A stretch of DNA of 64,000 nt from Parabacteroides goldsteinii (GTDB lineage Bacteria; Bacillota_I; Bacilli_A; RFN20; CAG-826). This document shows positions 1 through 15,500 of the stretch, in pieces; the first letter of the stretch is position 1; each line of letters begins with the position of its first letter. The position numbers and the translations under genes were made by a program. Location of the stretch: contig CAVGUA010000109.1 in assembly GCA_963632335.1 (NCBI GenBank), positions 21,982-85,981 of the forward strand, written 5' to 3'. The notes under the pieces were generated by a model. That model made no database searches. It was not told the origin of the DNA and was given only the letters and a program-made list of their open reading frames with translations.

Positions 1-3000
1 ATTCTAAACAACATCTTTTAACCTATCACTAAAAAACGATTTATTTTGTTGTATATCATATAAAGAATCGGATTTTTTTAATCCGAAATTTTCTGCAGCA
101 GTTTTTGCCATTACGCACCCTGCTGATTGAACTTTAGTTTTTGAAGAATCAATTTTTACAAGTTCTCCATTTAAAACAACAGTGTTTTTTCTGGAAAACT
201 ATTTGCCTGTTGGACTGATTGCCATTTTTTCATCTTCTTTGACTGCAATTAAACATTTCTAAATTAAGTCTTTGTCGAAAACTTTCTATGTTTTAAACCT
301 TTTAATTAAATCGTTTGTAAGCGCAGTCTGATCTCCTTTCTAAAGTTCATTTATCGTTAAGCTAATTACTTTTTTTGCGGCCTCAATGTCAGCTTCAGTA
401 AATTTCTTTGTGTTGAACTTGTATAAAAGATAAATAGCATCTGTATCCAGCATTGAAAGTCTTCTTGATACAACGTCCTTCTACTCTACCGTAGTAAAAA
501 AAGCATCATAATGTTGCAAATCAGACCCTTTTTTCAAATAATTGCAAACACTTAATATTTCTCCATTATTTATCTTAGTTATAAAATCACGACGATCAAT
601 TGGAGTTTCTAGATATATTCTATTTGTCTTTACAGTCTTATTGTCATCATATGATTTATATTCATACCAATTGCCACATTTTATCTGTGAATAATCAATT
701 AGATTTATTCCTTCGTCTGTAGCTCGCCATGTTGGAGTAATAGCATCGTTATTTTCAATTAATGTAAAAATTGGATTATCTCTTTCTAAAGACTATAAGT
801 ATTCAACATACCATAAAACAAGATTCTCTGTTGTATACTCAGGTGGAATGTTATTGTTTTGTTTTAAATAGGTTTTGTATTCAGTTGTATATTTGATTTT
901 GTTTAATAATTTTTCAAATAAATCTTTAGAGCCAAATTTTGACATTGCTTCTGCCTGAATATTACTATATAACCTACCATTAAAAATCTTTATATGACCT
1001 TTACTTGGATTTAATACACTTAATGAACCATCCCACTTTTGTTTAATTCCATTTTTATTTAAAAAAACTGATAACTCTTTATAAATTAAACTGCTAATAT
1101 TCGCATTATTCGTTGGGGTTTTTTCAATGAATTTGTTTAATATTTCTTTAGTAATGCCACCTTCTTTTTTTATTTCTAAAACTAAATCATTACAAATATT
1201 TTTTACCAATTCAGCCCCGTCGTTACCATGTAATATGTTGTCAGCAATAACTTTTAAAGTCGACTTTTTAAATTCAATTAATAATTTTTCTTTGTTTGTT
1301 TTAGCATTTATATATTCTGCAAATGGAATTAATATCTCCGCTATATTTGCTAAAGACATATTTGCCAATGTAGTATAAAGTTGACTTGCATATTCAGACG
1401 TATAACCACCATGCGCTGCAGCGGCAATAACCTATGTCATTAAAGAAATTTCTGCAGAATCAGCCGCATGCTCCTTGTCTAACTATATACCTGCTTCTAA
1501 TAATTTTACTTTAAAATACTAAAGCGGACTGTCATTATAATAACTATCTTTTGAATTTATATTGGCAGCACCATGTTTTATTGCGCCTGCTGTTACTATT
1601 AAATTAATATCAGAATGTTTTAATGGCTAGTAAACATCATCTTGGCTTATAATAGTTTTATTATTTCTATCAACAATCTCTCCAATTTGATTTTGTAAAT
1701 AAACAACATTTTTTATAGAGTTTTCTGATTGCACGAATACGTTTGATTCTGCACGTTCTACAGAATATTGCCTACCAAATAGGCACCATAAGTCATAATT
1801 ATTTTTAAGCCTTACATTAAAATCAACATTATTTTCAGCATCAGTGACAGAAACAACCTCTAATCCTAAAGCTTTTAATATTTCATATTTCTTTTGATTA
1901 TCAACAATATTAAACTGACTTAATACTTTACCACCAATACTTTCTTTATTTATTGCTGATTTTGCCATTGCAAAATCAATTTGGTATGTCTGTGTGTTTT
2001 TGTCAAATTTGATATTTTGTAATTTATATATACTATTACCTAGCTAAAAATAAGCCTAGCTGCATATTGTATTTACTATATTTTCTCCTAAAAAGTTTTT
2101 AGTAATATCATAATTTTTTTCTTCTCCATTCCGATCTTTCCAATTAATTTTTGTCATTTTTTTCATTAAGTTTCCGAAAAGACCAACTGAACTTCCATCT
2201 ATTATATTACCGTCACTCTTTAATATTGTAGAATTAGTTATAGCAAATCCTGCTGTTTTAATAATACCACCACAGCCTATTGATTTATGGTAAAAATGTA
2301 TAAACGGTTTTGTATTTGTACCAACAGCAGCAGAACCAAGTGAATTATTCATCTGATAAACATCAAATGGATTAGTAAAAGTCGCACCATCGTAAGGTTT
2401 AACACCGTTTTCAATACTACCATTGACATTATATAATGTATCTTTTATATCCTCAATAACAGCAATATTATAATCTTCTGATATTCCATTTAATTTATTT
2501 AGAGAAAACAATTGTTTAGATGCTGTTTCAGAAACATTACGCTTATTCTAAGCATTAAAGCGAGCAGATTCTTCATTTATAGAATTAAAGTCAACTAAAT
2601 ATTCTCCAAGTTTTGGTGGATGACTTGCATGCGAGCCAACTGTTGACAATAAGAATTCTTGACCAAACAAGAACTAAAATAAATTATAACGCTCAATTAC
2701 TGGATTTAATTTAAACTAAATGTTCTATAATTTCCCTAATGTCTAAATACAATCAGATAACGTATAATCAGCATTATTTACTTTATTATAATCAGAAAAT
2801 TCCTAAGATAAATTTTGTAAGGCATTTAAATGTTTTAATAAAACAGGCGAAATTTCCGCTTTTAAAATATCATGTAATTTTGCTACATTATTGTCTATTT
2901 CAACATTGTTTCTTATGTCTGTAATTATATTTAAAATAGACTTTGTATTATCAGACTGCTACCCCTTAAAGAAATCATAAATGTTATCAAAATTCTTTGA

Positions 3001-6000
3001 AAAGTATTCATTTATTTTTGCTTTAATTTCAGCGTTTTCAAACAAATGTATAAGATCTAATTTATTAGAAATATCAATTGTTTTGATAATATTTTGATTT
3101 TCATCAGTAAACTAAAGACGCCCTAAAACCATCTGTTTTGTAGTTTCTCTAATCCATGATTCAGACACATCACTCCAACCCGGGTTTTTGTCTTTACCAT
3201 TTAAAATTTGTTCAAGCTTTTTCAATTCATTTTTGCCTTCAACATTTGACAAGTCAATTTCAAATTGACTATCAATTAAGGATTTTAGAATTTCAATATT
3301 TTGCAGCTGCCAAAATTTAGTATCCGTCTAAAAATCATGCATCTAAACAGATTGTGTGCCATCAAATTCTATTGAAGCGTTATCAATTTCAGTCCTAAAC
3401 TGATCATTTGATGAAAAACGATATGCATTGCCTACAATTGTTCTATTCCAAGCAAGGCCTTTTATTTTTGTATATGTTGTGTTTTGATTTTCATCAATCG
3501 TCTGTACAATTCTATTTTCAGAACCATAATATACCTAGTCAATTAGAGAAAATAAATTTGTTGGATGTGCAAGATTATAATCCTTGACTATTTCTTTTAA
3601 TACACTTTCTGCACTTCTATTGCTCCCGAATTTTCTAAAAACTAAAGCATTAAAAGATCTAAAATTATCATTAAGAGGGTTGTCTATTTTTGCGAATTCA
3701 CCCCATTTCGCATCATTTTTAAATGAGCTAAACAAATTTGCAAAGTCTGTTTTTATTGTATTAAATACCTTTAAATAATAATTGCCAATTTCTGTTTTAA
3801 TAGCACTACATAGTTCATTAATAGTGCATTTATATGCCTCTTTGTTTTCTTTTGGTAATTTTAATATCTTATTTAAATCAATAATTAGTTTTGCAATTGT
3901 AGTTTTATCTGCATTTACGGATGGTAATATTGCTATTTTTCTGTTACCGACGAGTGCGGAACTTGCAACATCATCGCCCTATAAAAAACCTCCAATAAAA
4001 TCATACAAAAAGTTTGAGTAGTTATACTCGTTTACATTGAAATCAGTTGCCTTTTTAGATGTTTCTCCATTATAGTACTCTTGAATGGTATACATTCCAT
4101 TATACAAATCAAATAAACTAAAATTTTCAGCAGGAGTATCTTTACCGCAAAGCAAAGTCCATTGGTCTCTAAGTTTACCATAAAGCCTACTTGCTGAAAC
4201 GGTTGTTAAAGTACTATAATCACTCATTTTGACGCTTCTAGAAGAAAGTAAATTTTCTCTATCAAGCAAGAAAAAAGCAATATCATTTTCAAGCAAACCA
4301 GCTTTGTTCATACAAACATCAAAACCGTCAATATTATCAAGATATGCTGGTTTATATTCGTCACCGAAAAAACTTAATATTTTGCTTTTTTGAACATAAG
4401 GAGTGACCTATGTGCCATTAGTAAAATAGTTTTGAATAGCAATTACTTTTAATGCATGCATTGCATACATAAATAATGATTGACTAGCATTAGATGATAT
4501 TCGCTGTATAAAATTATTTTCAAATTCATTTGTGCTTAAATTTATTCCAAGAACATCATTTATAAAGCATACAATACTTTTTGCATTATTTTTAAAAAAA
4601 TCAGCTTTTACATTTATTTTATCATTTGATCCAATTATAATATTATTGTTTTCATCAAGTTGTATAGAAACAGTTTTTTTAGTGTTATCTATTTGAATAT
4701 TGTATTTATCTTTTAATAAAAGATATTCAGATAAACAATTTTTGTTATTAAATTTTTCTCTTATTTCTCTAACTTTATTTGATACAGCATTTGATGATAT
4801 TTCTTGAAGTATTGTTTTGCCTTGATAATCTGTATAATATTGACAATGCCTGACCGAAACTAAAGAATTAAAACTTTCACACAAATCTTCAAAATAATTT
4901 TTATTTCTATTTGTTATGTCGTTTTGTATGACATTTATGGTATAGGAATTTATATAGTCAGTAAAAGCGTATCTAACAGATTCGTTACCGTTAAATATGT
5001 ATTTATTTAACGAATTTAATGTATCGTTTACTGACTAGTCAAAATTTTTAATATTTAACTATTGGAAAATTTGATTTCTGACGTTTTTTGTTCCAATTAA
5101 ATCAAATAGAATCGGAAAATATTTTTGTGGATTCCTTGTCGCCTCTGAATAAAGCCTGCTAAATGTAAAATTGTTTGCATTTGAATTTTTGATATTACTA
5201 TCATTTGCTAAATAATCATTTAGCTCTAAAAATGTTTCGTTACCATTTTGGTCTATCAATACGGAATCTTGTCCAAAAAGCCACTTGATTGTATCTGCAT
5301 TTAAATCTTTTAATAATGTATAAAAATCAGCTTCAATACCTTGAAAAATATCCTCAAATACATTAAACAAACTTTTGTGGTTTAAATTATTATTCTAAAA
5401 CAATAAACGTATTGATTCAACAGCGGCGCATACATCATCCATTTTTAAGTATTTATTGTATTCAGATGTATATTGACTTTCTTTTGGCGTCATTTCAAGC
5501 ATTATCTTTACGCTTATGTCTGTTTCATCCATGAAATTTACATCATTATCACTAGTTCGCCATGTATCTATAATCGCATTTGATTTTTTTATTACAGAAT
5601 ATTGCTTGTTATTAAAGCTGCCATCTGTTATAGTGCCATGTTGAATTTTATTTGGCAAAACAATTTCAAGCAGACTGTCAAAATGAGTAAGCAAATGCCA
5701 TGCTACATAAGCATCATATTTTTGACTGTCTTGGCTTTTCCATAGCATTGGCTCGCCAACTTTTGCAACACCATTGCTTGCTAAGTCATCATTAAACAAA
5801 GTATTAATTGCCTTGCTATATTTTTGCATCACATTAGTATATGTATCTTCATCATATAAACGTTCAAGCATTACATCAGTATAGTTACTTTTTAAAAAAG
5901 TAACTACTTTTTGCCAAAGATTTTGTTGGTAGTTTTTTATTCTATCTGTCACTTCAGAATTATCTTCAACTCGTTTTGCAAAGCCATTTTCCCTATAAAC

Positions 6001-6480
6001 AAAGAAACATTCTCCTAATGCAAACTTCACGTCGTTTAGTATCACTGTTTGTTCTTCTGACATACCAACCAGAATGTCAGCCAAGAAATTTTTGTCAAAG
6101 TTTGTATTTAACGTTTTTGAATCAGAAATGTCATCAAGCACCTCCAATTTTTCTTTAGGTGCATTGGCTTCTTTATTTTGTTGTATAGCCTAATCACAAA
6201 GTTTTTTTATTTGTTCAGTAGTTGGGAAATGCTCTTGATAAAAAGCACTCCAATCGTCACCTGCCTTAATTACATTGTTTAAATCCTGCTCATACGATGA
6301 ATAAAACGTACCTGGATCAACAATTGCATCTGGTCTTGTTAATTCATTTTGTATTAAATTTTTATACGCAGAATAAAACATTTTTTTTGCTTCGTCTTTC
6401 GACACCTCATTGTTTTCAATATATGTAAAAACTTCAGTTAAGCCGTCAAAATCAAGAGTATTCAGTTTTATGCAATTCAT
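1..6480 (-). CDS. Giant virion/ejected-type protein, first 2,160 codons (3' end lies beyond window start); function unassigned
   Basis: Nine track fragments (793, 1627, 2056, 3535, 3979, 4408, 5059, 5395, 6190) share one frame and each ends in TAG. I read every gap triplet by triplet and found no TAA/TGA from 1 to 6480. The ATG at 6478-6480 follows the terminator T-run; the alternative ATG at 6493-6495 sits inside the hairpin. Confidence 0.8.
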
Positions 6481-6490
6481 ATATAAAAAA

Positions 6491-6522
6491 ATCATTGCCA
6501 ACAGACGTCTGTTGGCAATGAT
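6491..6522 (-). terminator. Rho-independent terminator after the 3,657-aa gene
   Basis: Perfect palindrome atcattgccaacagac/gtctgttggcaatgat about 27 nt past the TAA at 6550. On the minus strand it is followed by a T-run (plus A-run 6485-6491). Confidence 0.7.
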
Positions 6523-6549
6523 AAATATAAACTTAAACCAAGTATTTTT

Positions 6550-9500
6550 TTAAGAACCAAAAAAATCATTAATGGCCCGACTGCCTAAATAACAACTGTC
6601 TTTATTATTTTTCTCAGTCGATTCAGTATCTGATTTACTCTATTCAGTACCTGGCCTTTTACTAGACGGAAGCGTTACTGTCTGCTTAGTCTATTCAGTA
6701 CCTGGTATAACATTTTGTTCAGGATTATTGTTAAGTAACACATCGTTTGACGTATAAATAAAAACAATATTTCCTTCATCCGTCTTAACAAAATCACAAT
6801 CTAACTAAACTTCTTTCCCCTTTATTATTACTTTAATATTGCTACCGTTTTGTTTTAAATTATAATGATTATTTGTTTTTTTTGCCGTACCGCTAATTTC
6901 AACATCAGCAGGAAGCTTAACTATTTCAGATCCATTATCATATTTTAATGACATAACAAATAGTTCTTTCCCGTGCGTTACTAGTTTTGTGTCCTTATTT
7001 AATTCATTATATTTTATTACTAAATCTTTAGTTGTTTTTAAATTTAAACCTTGCAGATATGTTATTTCATCAGACGTTATATCTAATTTTTTATTCAACA
7101 AAATTTCCCTAAAATTTTTAGATAAAACAGCTTCTTTATTTAATGCATTTTTAGCATATCTATATTTTGTTGAATTAGATGAACGCGTCCACGAATTACC
7201 ATTTGATTGTATAATGGTATGCGTCTTTTGCTTACCTTCATCTGTTATATCAGTTTCTTTGTATGTCTGTATATCAAACAGTTCTTCACAAGCATCAATA
7301 TTTATTTGGAACAAAGGACTATTTATTTCTCCTAACATCATAAAAGACTATCCGTCAACTTGAAATCTATTATTGGCATCAACACTAACATAGAAGAAAT
7401 CATTATTGTTTTCCAATACATTTTTAGAAGTATCAGCTTTGCATCTTATTGATATATATTGTATTTTATTTTTTTGTAACGAATCAACAATAAGCTATAG
7501 ATTGTTTGATGTTTTATGAGGGATTCCTTCAATAATATTTGTTGTACCATCATGTTTTAAAAGATCTGTTTCTTCAGTTAAAAACCAATCAAATCCTTCA
7601 TTTTTTATTTTAAGCGTATCCGAATAATAAACTAAGTTTAAAAGAAGTAGTCTAAAAATCTTATAAGTATCTACAGTTGATTTTAAACCTAAAAAGTCAA
7701 ACAAATCCGTTTCTTCTTGCGATGTTAACACGACAGATAAAGCTTCATTATAAGTTTTTAAATCATCTCTTTCTTTTAACAGCGCATTTGCTTTTTGTTC
7801 GATTTTGTTTAAAAGCTCTTTTACAAGATTTATTTTATACTCACTTATTCCGTCAGAATTACAATTTGGGTCTACTTTCTGTGGATTCTATATTGCTTCT
7901 AAAAAACTTTCATCGCCCCATAATGTTTTTATTAAATGATATGCAGTGTATTTTGTGCCATAAAAAACATTGCTATTCTTTTTTTCTTTTATTGTTTTAT
8001 ACAATAATTCAATATATGCGTCAAAGTTTGTTTTAAAAGCTTCATTCTGCTATTGCATATCCATTTTTGACATATCAGCAATTGGAGAGTGTAATAAGAC
8101 AATAGAAACGCTTTTAACCATTTTAGGATTTTCTTGTTGTTTAATAAATATATTTAACAACTCTGCGGAAGAAGCGTTGCGTAAATTCGGATTCTAAGTA
8201 ACAAGAATAAACGGAGTATGATCAGGTATATTAATATCTCCAACTTTACCATTTGTACTTTTTAGACCACCAATCATAATATTTGAAACTGCCTCAAAAT
8301 TTTTAAATGTCTCATCACTTATCTCTTTTACTGTTGGGAAATAATCATTTTGAACATTATTCGTTATGCTAGTTCTTGCTTTTGAAACTACATAGCTTCC
8401 TATTGAGTGGCCATTGTTTTCATATGGACTAAACTTTTTTAATTCTATAACATAAGCTCCACCTTTGATATAGAATTTAATTAACTTGCGCAAGTTATTT
8501 AAATACTTTAAATCAGGAGTATCTAAATTTTTATTAGCCAAGAAATTATCAAGTAGTCCTACTACTTGCTATAACTTTTTTAAATCAATTTTTCCAAACC
8601 AAATTTTTTGTAACTAATCACTAAAAGATTTTAAATCACCAGTAAATTCATTTTTAAATTCATAAATTTCTGCAATTAAACTAAATGGAGACCTCAAGGT
8701 AAATATAGGTAATTCCAAAATATCACCGTCTGATTTTGTGCCAATTACAAGACTGATTGTTTTTTTTAATACACCATCTTTTTCTTCGGTTTTTCTTACA
8801 TTTAATACCTAATCATATTCTTCGCATAATAAAGTTTTTGATTCAAATGATTTTAAATCATTTGATTTTTTACTATTTACACTATCAATATATTTTTCTT
8901 TAGTGCTTACAACGTTACATGATTTAAATATCCAAGAGACTTCAAAGTCAACATTTGAAATATCAAAATCAAAGTATTTATTAAATGTTGCACTTAACCT
9001 TCTTAATAAATTTTTTTGACTTGTTGCGAACAATACATCTGAACGAAGCTAATTTAAAATTTCTAAGTATATAACTTTTTCGGTTCTCCCATTATTAACA
9101 TCTATTCCATCTTTTAATTTCCATCCTCTCTATTCTATTAGTTTTTTTAGTCCATTAACAGAATCTATACGAAAGTTCACATCCTAATCCAACATTTCAA
9201 CATTACCATTGTTGTCAAATTTAACACCTGGCACTAATGTTGTTTGTGTATAAACGGTCATAAAATTATTTTTTAACCCACCACCATGATCTTGATTTAA
9301 AAATTCATCAAAATGTGGCTACTCTAATGGTGCAAACTATATAGTAACATCATTTACTTCTTCATCATTTAGAGTGCCTGTATCAATTAAAGTTTCAGGC
9401 ACAATTGTTTTTTCAGAACCTTCTTCCAATAAATTATCAAGAAGTTTGCTTCCTTTAGATTGTGAAGTCTGAGTAGTGGTTGTTTGTGGTGGCGTCGGCT

Positions 9501-12500
9501 AAGAAGTATCTACAACATCTTTTAGCTACGGTTGATTTATAAACGAGCTAATAGTGTTCAACAATGCATCAGGAATGTATAAATTATTATTTTTTGCACT
9601 TTGCCTTATGTCATCAATGGTAATAGTTTCATTATTATCTATCTTTGGCTAAAGTTCATTTATTATTTTATCAAGCTGCTCAACTGTTATTGTACTTTCC
9701 TCTTTTGTCGCATCGGTTTGCTAATTTGGATATGCTAAAAGTGAATCATCAACCATTTTCTTATATTCACTGACACTCATAGTCTCTTCAGTTGTTTTCC
9801 CGTCATGAACTTTTTCAAATGAAACGTTTTGTATATTACCATTATTATCTTTTTGCAAACCTGTAATATAATAAAAATCATACTATGAGCCATCTTCTGT
9901 TAAAAGCTTAAATGTACACCCAAGCCCAAAACCTTGATTTATATTATATGGGTATTTATATAATTGCTGATTTTGCTCATCAATAATTTTTTGTTCTGGC
10001 AATTTACTTTCAAGTTTTTTTATTTCATCTAAAATCTTATTTCTATTTTCTTGATTTTTTTTGTTTAAAAACGAAACCAGATCATCTTTTGTTTCTATTT
10101 TTTTTGCTTCTAATTCAATTCCTAAATCAGTTTTGGTTGGAGCTTTATATGTTATTTTTTCTGGATCGTGTATAGCGACTTCATATTGGCGTTGTTTATA
10201 AGCATTATAACTGTCTATAGCTTTTTGTGATATTGTTTCTATAACAGAAAATTTATCAGGAGACTTGCAATTTTTTATTTGAAAAGTCGAATGGTCTGCA
10301 ATTATCAATGTTGCCTAAACTCCTCTAGTTGCATTGGTATAAAAGTCTTTAATATTTGTTTGTTTGAGATTTTCTTTTTGGCGCAAAATAAAAAATCTCA
10401 TTTCTAAACCCTGAGCTTTTTTATTTTTATTAAAAATTTCTACCTTGTCTTCAAATCCTTTATTTACTATATATTGATATATTTCATCATTATTACTCTC
10501 TATGTACAATCCGATTTTTTGATTTTCTTCTAATTTGTTAAGCATATCATCTATTTCGGATTGCCATGCTTTTATTTCATCTTTATATAATATTCTATGC
10601 CCTCGTAGTTCGCCATTTTCTGTTTTAAAATAATGAAGTTCACTTTCGATTTTTTCATTGCCTAATAAAAATTTGGTAGTAATATCATTTAATATACTAT
10701 TATTAGTTATTACTTGTGTATTGCCAGATCTTAAAACAACACCCTATTTGGGAGTTGTTATAAACATATTAGGAAGTAAATTTAATACCACTTCAAAATT
10801 TGAACTAGATTTAACTACTTTTGTGCTTTGATTGAAATCGCCAGAACAAATCATTGAAATATTTTTTTGATTACAAAAATTATTTAAAGTAGCTATTTCA
10901 GGATTTGTTGCATTTGTTACCTCATCAAAAACAATCAATGAATAATCATTTGTATTTGCATTTAAATTATAATCTATATAAGTAATACCGCTCTTTGTTT
11001 TTTTAGGCTTTTTGTCAATTAAATTGTTTTTATCTTCCTTTGTATTTTTATATTCTTCACTAATTTCATCAACAAAATCAGCATAGTATTTTACGTTTTC
11101 TTTTGGAACATTAAAACTTTTTTGCAAAGATTCTTTTAAACCATCCGAATTAACACCAGAAAGAACAAGAATTTTAGAAGATAATTTTGGATTAATTTGA
11201 GTAGCTATTTTAATAGCATTTTTAATTATCACACTTGTTTTACCAGTTCCTGCAAGACCTTGTATAAGAATACTATTCTCAAAAAAAGGTAATTCGATAT
11301 GATCAATTAAATCAGTATTTTTTATTTTACCTTTATCAAACCTTTCCTTTAAAACTTTTATATAATCTGGGTTAAAGTTGTATTTTTTTGTAAAGTCTTC
11401 AAGTTGATTTGTTGTTTCAATATTTTTTAATTCTTTTAAAATTGTCAACTATAAAGCCTTAATAACATTTTTTGTTACATCGCCATTAACCAAATGAGAT
11501 ACTGCGTGATGAATGGCAATCTATTGTGAATTAATCTCAATAATTTTGCCATCGCTTGTTTTTTGGCATAAATCATAGAAACTAGATGTTTTTACACCGA
11601 TCCAACTGCTAAGTTCCGCTAAAAAGTTTTTGTCGTCAATATCCTATGTTGTTTCATTTAATTCAAAATTATTACCTCTGAAATTTGCTAACTATGAAAA
11701 TACATCAGTATTAAAATATTTCTATAGCCTTTCAACAGAAGTGTCATCTTTGAATAAATCATAAAACGCATCTTTTATTGCGACAATCTCTTCAAACATT
11801 TTATTCTCAACATCAGGAGGGAGTGTTAAAGCTCTATCTTTAACATCTGCTTTATAATAACTTTCTAATGTTTTGGCACTTATAACTGCAGCAATTATAG
11901 TTTTATTTATTTTTTCTACCTCATCATTGTCACTATTCTACAAAAAAACAGTGCGAATATTTTCTGCAAAATTTTTAATTCTGTTATAAACAATATACTA
12001 ATAATTTAATTGCGCTTTTTTAGTTGATAAAATTTTCTTTTTGTTGTTTACGTCAAATAAAGTTTTATAATGCTCTAAAGTTGCTAAAAGTTTATTAATG
12101 TCTGTCAATAAAACATTTCCAGAGTTGCTATCGATAACCAATAAGTCCTCCCATCCTTCTAAATTGACTTTTTTTGCCACGGCATTTATTGTTGCATTAA
12201 AACATGATAATTTACTTAAGCTCAAATCATCATTAACTGCACAGGCAACAATAGATCGTAATGATTTTAAATGACTAATTAAATCTGTCAACTACTAATA
12301 ATCTGCATAGTCGAAATTATATTTAGTTAAATCAGTTTTATTGGCATTACTTTTATCTTTTATTGAATAAATTGGTACTGTTTGATTGAAAATTTTTTCA
12401 AATTTATCCAACAAATCATTAACTGAGAAAGTCTAATTAGTTTCGTTGTTTATAAACTATTGTAAAAGACTTACAATTGGAGTATCAGATAATTTTGCTA

Positions 12501-15500
12501 TCTCACTTTCTTCATTATCAAAATTGTTTAGTTGATTTATATTTTTAGCATCATTTTGATAGTTTTTGTAATCATTCCTAAGATTAGCATCTAAAAAATC
12601 AAAATTAGTCAGGTTATTGTGTTTTAAAATACGATCTTCAAATGATTTATAAGTTATATCGCTATCTTCATCAGAGAAAATATATAAACCTTCAATTTGA
12701 TTTAATTGATATAGATTATTATTACTTTCATCAAGATACTCAAAACGAGATGCAAAATCAATTATTGTGTTTTTTAATTCTGGTGTTACATTGTTAAACA
12801 AATCCTCTAAAAGAGGGTTGATTTCATTTATGTCATTATTTAGGTCATTTTCTTGCTCTTTAATAAATTCTTCAAAAAGTTTTTTATTTTTTAAAACAAA
12901 AAGCAAAAAGTATTCATTAACCTATTCTTTTATATTGTTTAAATCTTCTGATATTCTTAAACATTCTGTATCATTTTCTATTTTTTCTTTGTCTATTTTA
13001 GTTAATTCATTTATTTTTTTCTTATCAAAGAAAATATCTATTAACTGCTAGTCTGAATAATTTTCATATTCTTTTTTTCCTGCCTTATCCAAAAGGTATC
13101 TTAAATCAACAATATTTATAGACTAAATAATATCTTCTTTCTTTTTAGAAAGTTCTTGATTGAAAACACTATTAAATTTATCGACAAAATTATTTAATCT
13201 TTTTTTGTTTATATCTATAATATATGCTTTAAGAACGCTTGTATCCGCAGTAGCTTGCAACCGATCAGCTAACTAGTTTAAAATTACGTCATTAATAACA
13301 GAGCTATAATTGTTTTTTGCATTCCTATAAATAGAGATTAACTATAAAAGCATTGTTTTCGTTTGTACATCACACATTCCTTTTATTAAAATACCATTAG
13401 ATACAACCTCTTCAAGTAAAGTTTTGAAATCTAATATAATTTCTTTTTGCATGTCTTTAATTGCGAGATTTACTTTTAGGATTGTGTTTTGAAAATCTTC
13501 TTTTATTTTGTCTTTCAATGCTTCGTTTAACTAGCTTATAATATCTTCTTTATTTTCATTAAATGCCTATTCTAACTTTTCTGAATTTTCTTTTAAGTTG
13601 CTTAATTGATTTTTTATATCTTCTAGTTCAGTTTTTTCAGCATCTGTAAGCTAATCAATTTTTTGCTCTAATTCACCTTGCCTTGTATATATTGCACTTG
13701 TAAAATCATTTAAATTTTTTATAAATAAATTAATTTTGCGTCTACTTTTTTTATTTAATTTATTTATTTCATGTAATAGTACAGAAGCAGCATTATTTTT
13801 TTCTTTCGACGCCTCGTATTTATCTATTGCATCCTAAAATCTTTGTCTAATTTCCTGCCATGATTTTCTAAAATTTTCAACAAGCGAACTATTAGCAATA
13901 GAAGGATTATTATTTACATTGTCTAAATATGTATTAATAATTCCATCTAATAAGCTGTTTTTTTGAGTTTGATTCTAAATAGTACTATTTAAAAGTGCAT
14001 TTGCCTACTATGTTAGACCATAAAGTATTACATCAGAAGCTTTGACATTTTTTGCATCCTTGAAGTTTTCAATAGAATCTTTAAAAAGTTTTTTAAAACT
14101 ATTTAGACTTGATATTAACTTATTAAGTTTTTCACTTTTGTTTTTTATCCTGTCACTCTATTTATTAAAGCCAATACTTTCTGCAAGTTCATAAACTAAT
14201 TGAGCAAGTTGTTTGGTGTAAACAAAACCATTTTCATCGGCTACAATTGAACCAAATACTTCATTTGCATCCTCGCTATATGTGTCCTATTGCATTTCAA
14301 TCCAACGCTCGTAAAAACTTTTGTCACCCTTAGTTCTGTTTGCATGGTTCCGCATTTGGTTTATGCGGAATAAACCAATTATGTCATTTATTTTTTGTAT
14401 ATTGATATTATCGTTTCGCAAAAGATAATTTTGTATAGTTTCTTTTAAGTATGCAGAACTGTTTCGACCATGCTCTAAATACCATTTTGATAAAGCATCA
14501 GCCGCTAATGCTTTATCCATTTGATTGAATGCTTCATATTCTTTTTTCAGCTTTTCAATGGTATCATTGTCTATTTCATTATATTTTTTATGAGTTACCG
14601 CTGCACAATATGTTTCAAATGTGGGTGGAATCATATTTTGATTAATACCAGGCGTCATCTCTACAAGTGCGGCAGCGATCATTTCAGGCGCACGTTTCCC
14701 TGACAAAATATCATCCTTTAACTAAATCTTTTCGTTAAGCTATTCTTGAATTTTTTCTATTTCTTTTTGTTTGATTACATCATTACTTTCATTACTATTT
14801 GTTTCTTTAGCTTCTTTTTTTGCTGCTATTTTTTGAGAATCAGTCATCTCAGAGCCGTCAATATTTTGTGTTTTTACACCTTTTGCCTCATTTAAAGCAA
14901 GACTTAATTTAACAATGTCATTTGCAACGATATTAAATGCCTGTACACTATTACCAATAGTAGCTGATTCTGATAATACACCAAGTCTAAATTCTTTTAA
15001 TAAATCAGCATGCAAGCCCATTAAAGAATCATCAGAAACTTTTGCTCCATTTGCATCTGCAGCTCTTTCGATTAAGTCGATCTAATCAAACAATGCTTTT
15101 TTACATGCATAATCCTAAGAATCATAATAGTCTTTTGCAACATCATACGATTCTGTACCAGGAACAATTCTCGTTGAAAGATTCCTAGATGCAAGTGTCA
15201 TATGTTTATTTATATAATCCTTATACTCAGCGGTCTAATTGTTTCGAACAATATAAACCAGCTATTTCATTGCTTCATCAAAACTATTTACACTTTGCTG
15301 TTTTACGGCTTTATAATTAGTGAATGCGCTATTAACACCTCCACCGACTATACCAGCAAACATACCCATTCCGTACCTGTCAAATTTGTTTTCAAAGGCA
15401 CCTATTCTCTCGTCAGAACCTACAAAATAGTTTTTAGCATTCCATGCGGATTTTGTTAAATCATTAAACAATTCCTCAATGTCATTTACAACGCCAGCTT

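Noticed and set aside
2383-2394. The ..KPYDGATF.. segment looked like a possible DxDGD catalytic motif of a crAss-type virion RNA polymerase.
   Set aside because: Only the central D-G matches; the flanking Asp residues are missing. No RNA polymerase call was made.
6493-6501. The track start (TTG at 6499-6501) or the ATG at 6493-6495 as the start of the first giant gene.
   Set aside because: Both lie inside the terminator stem of the upstream gene. The ATG at 6478-6480, after the T-run, is preferred, though not proven.
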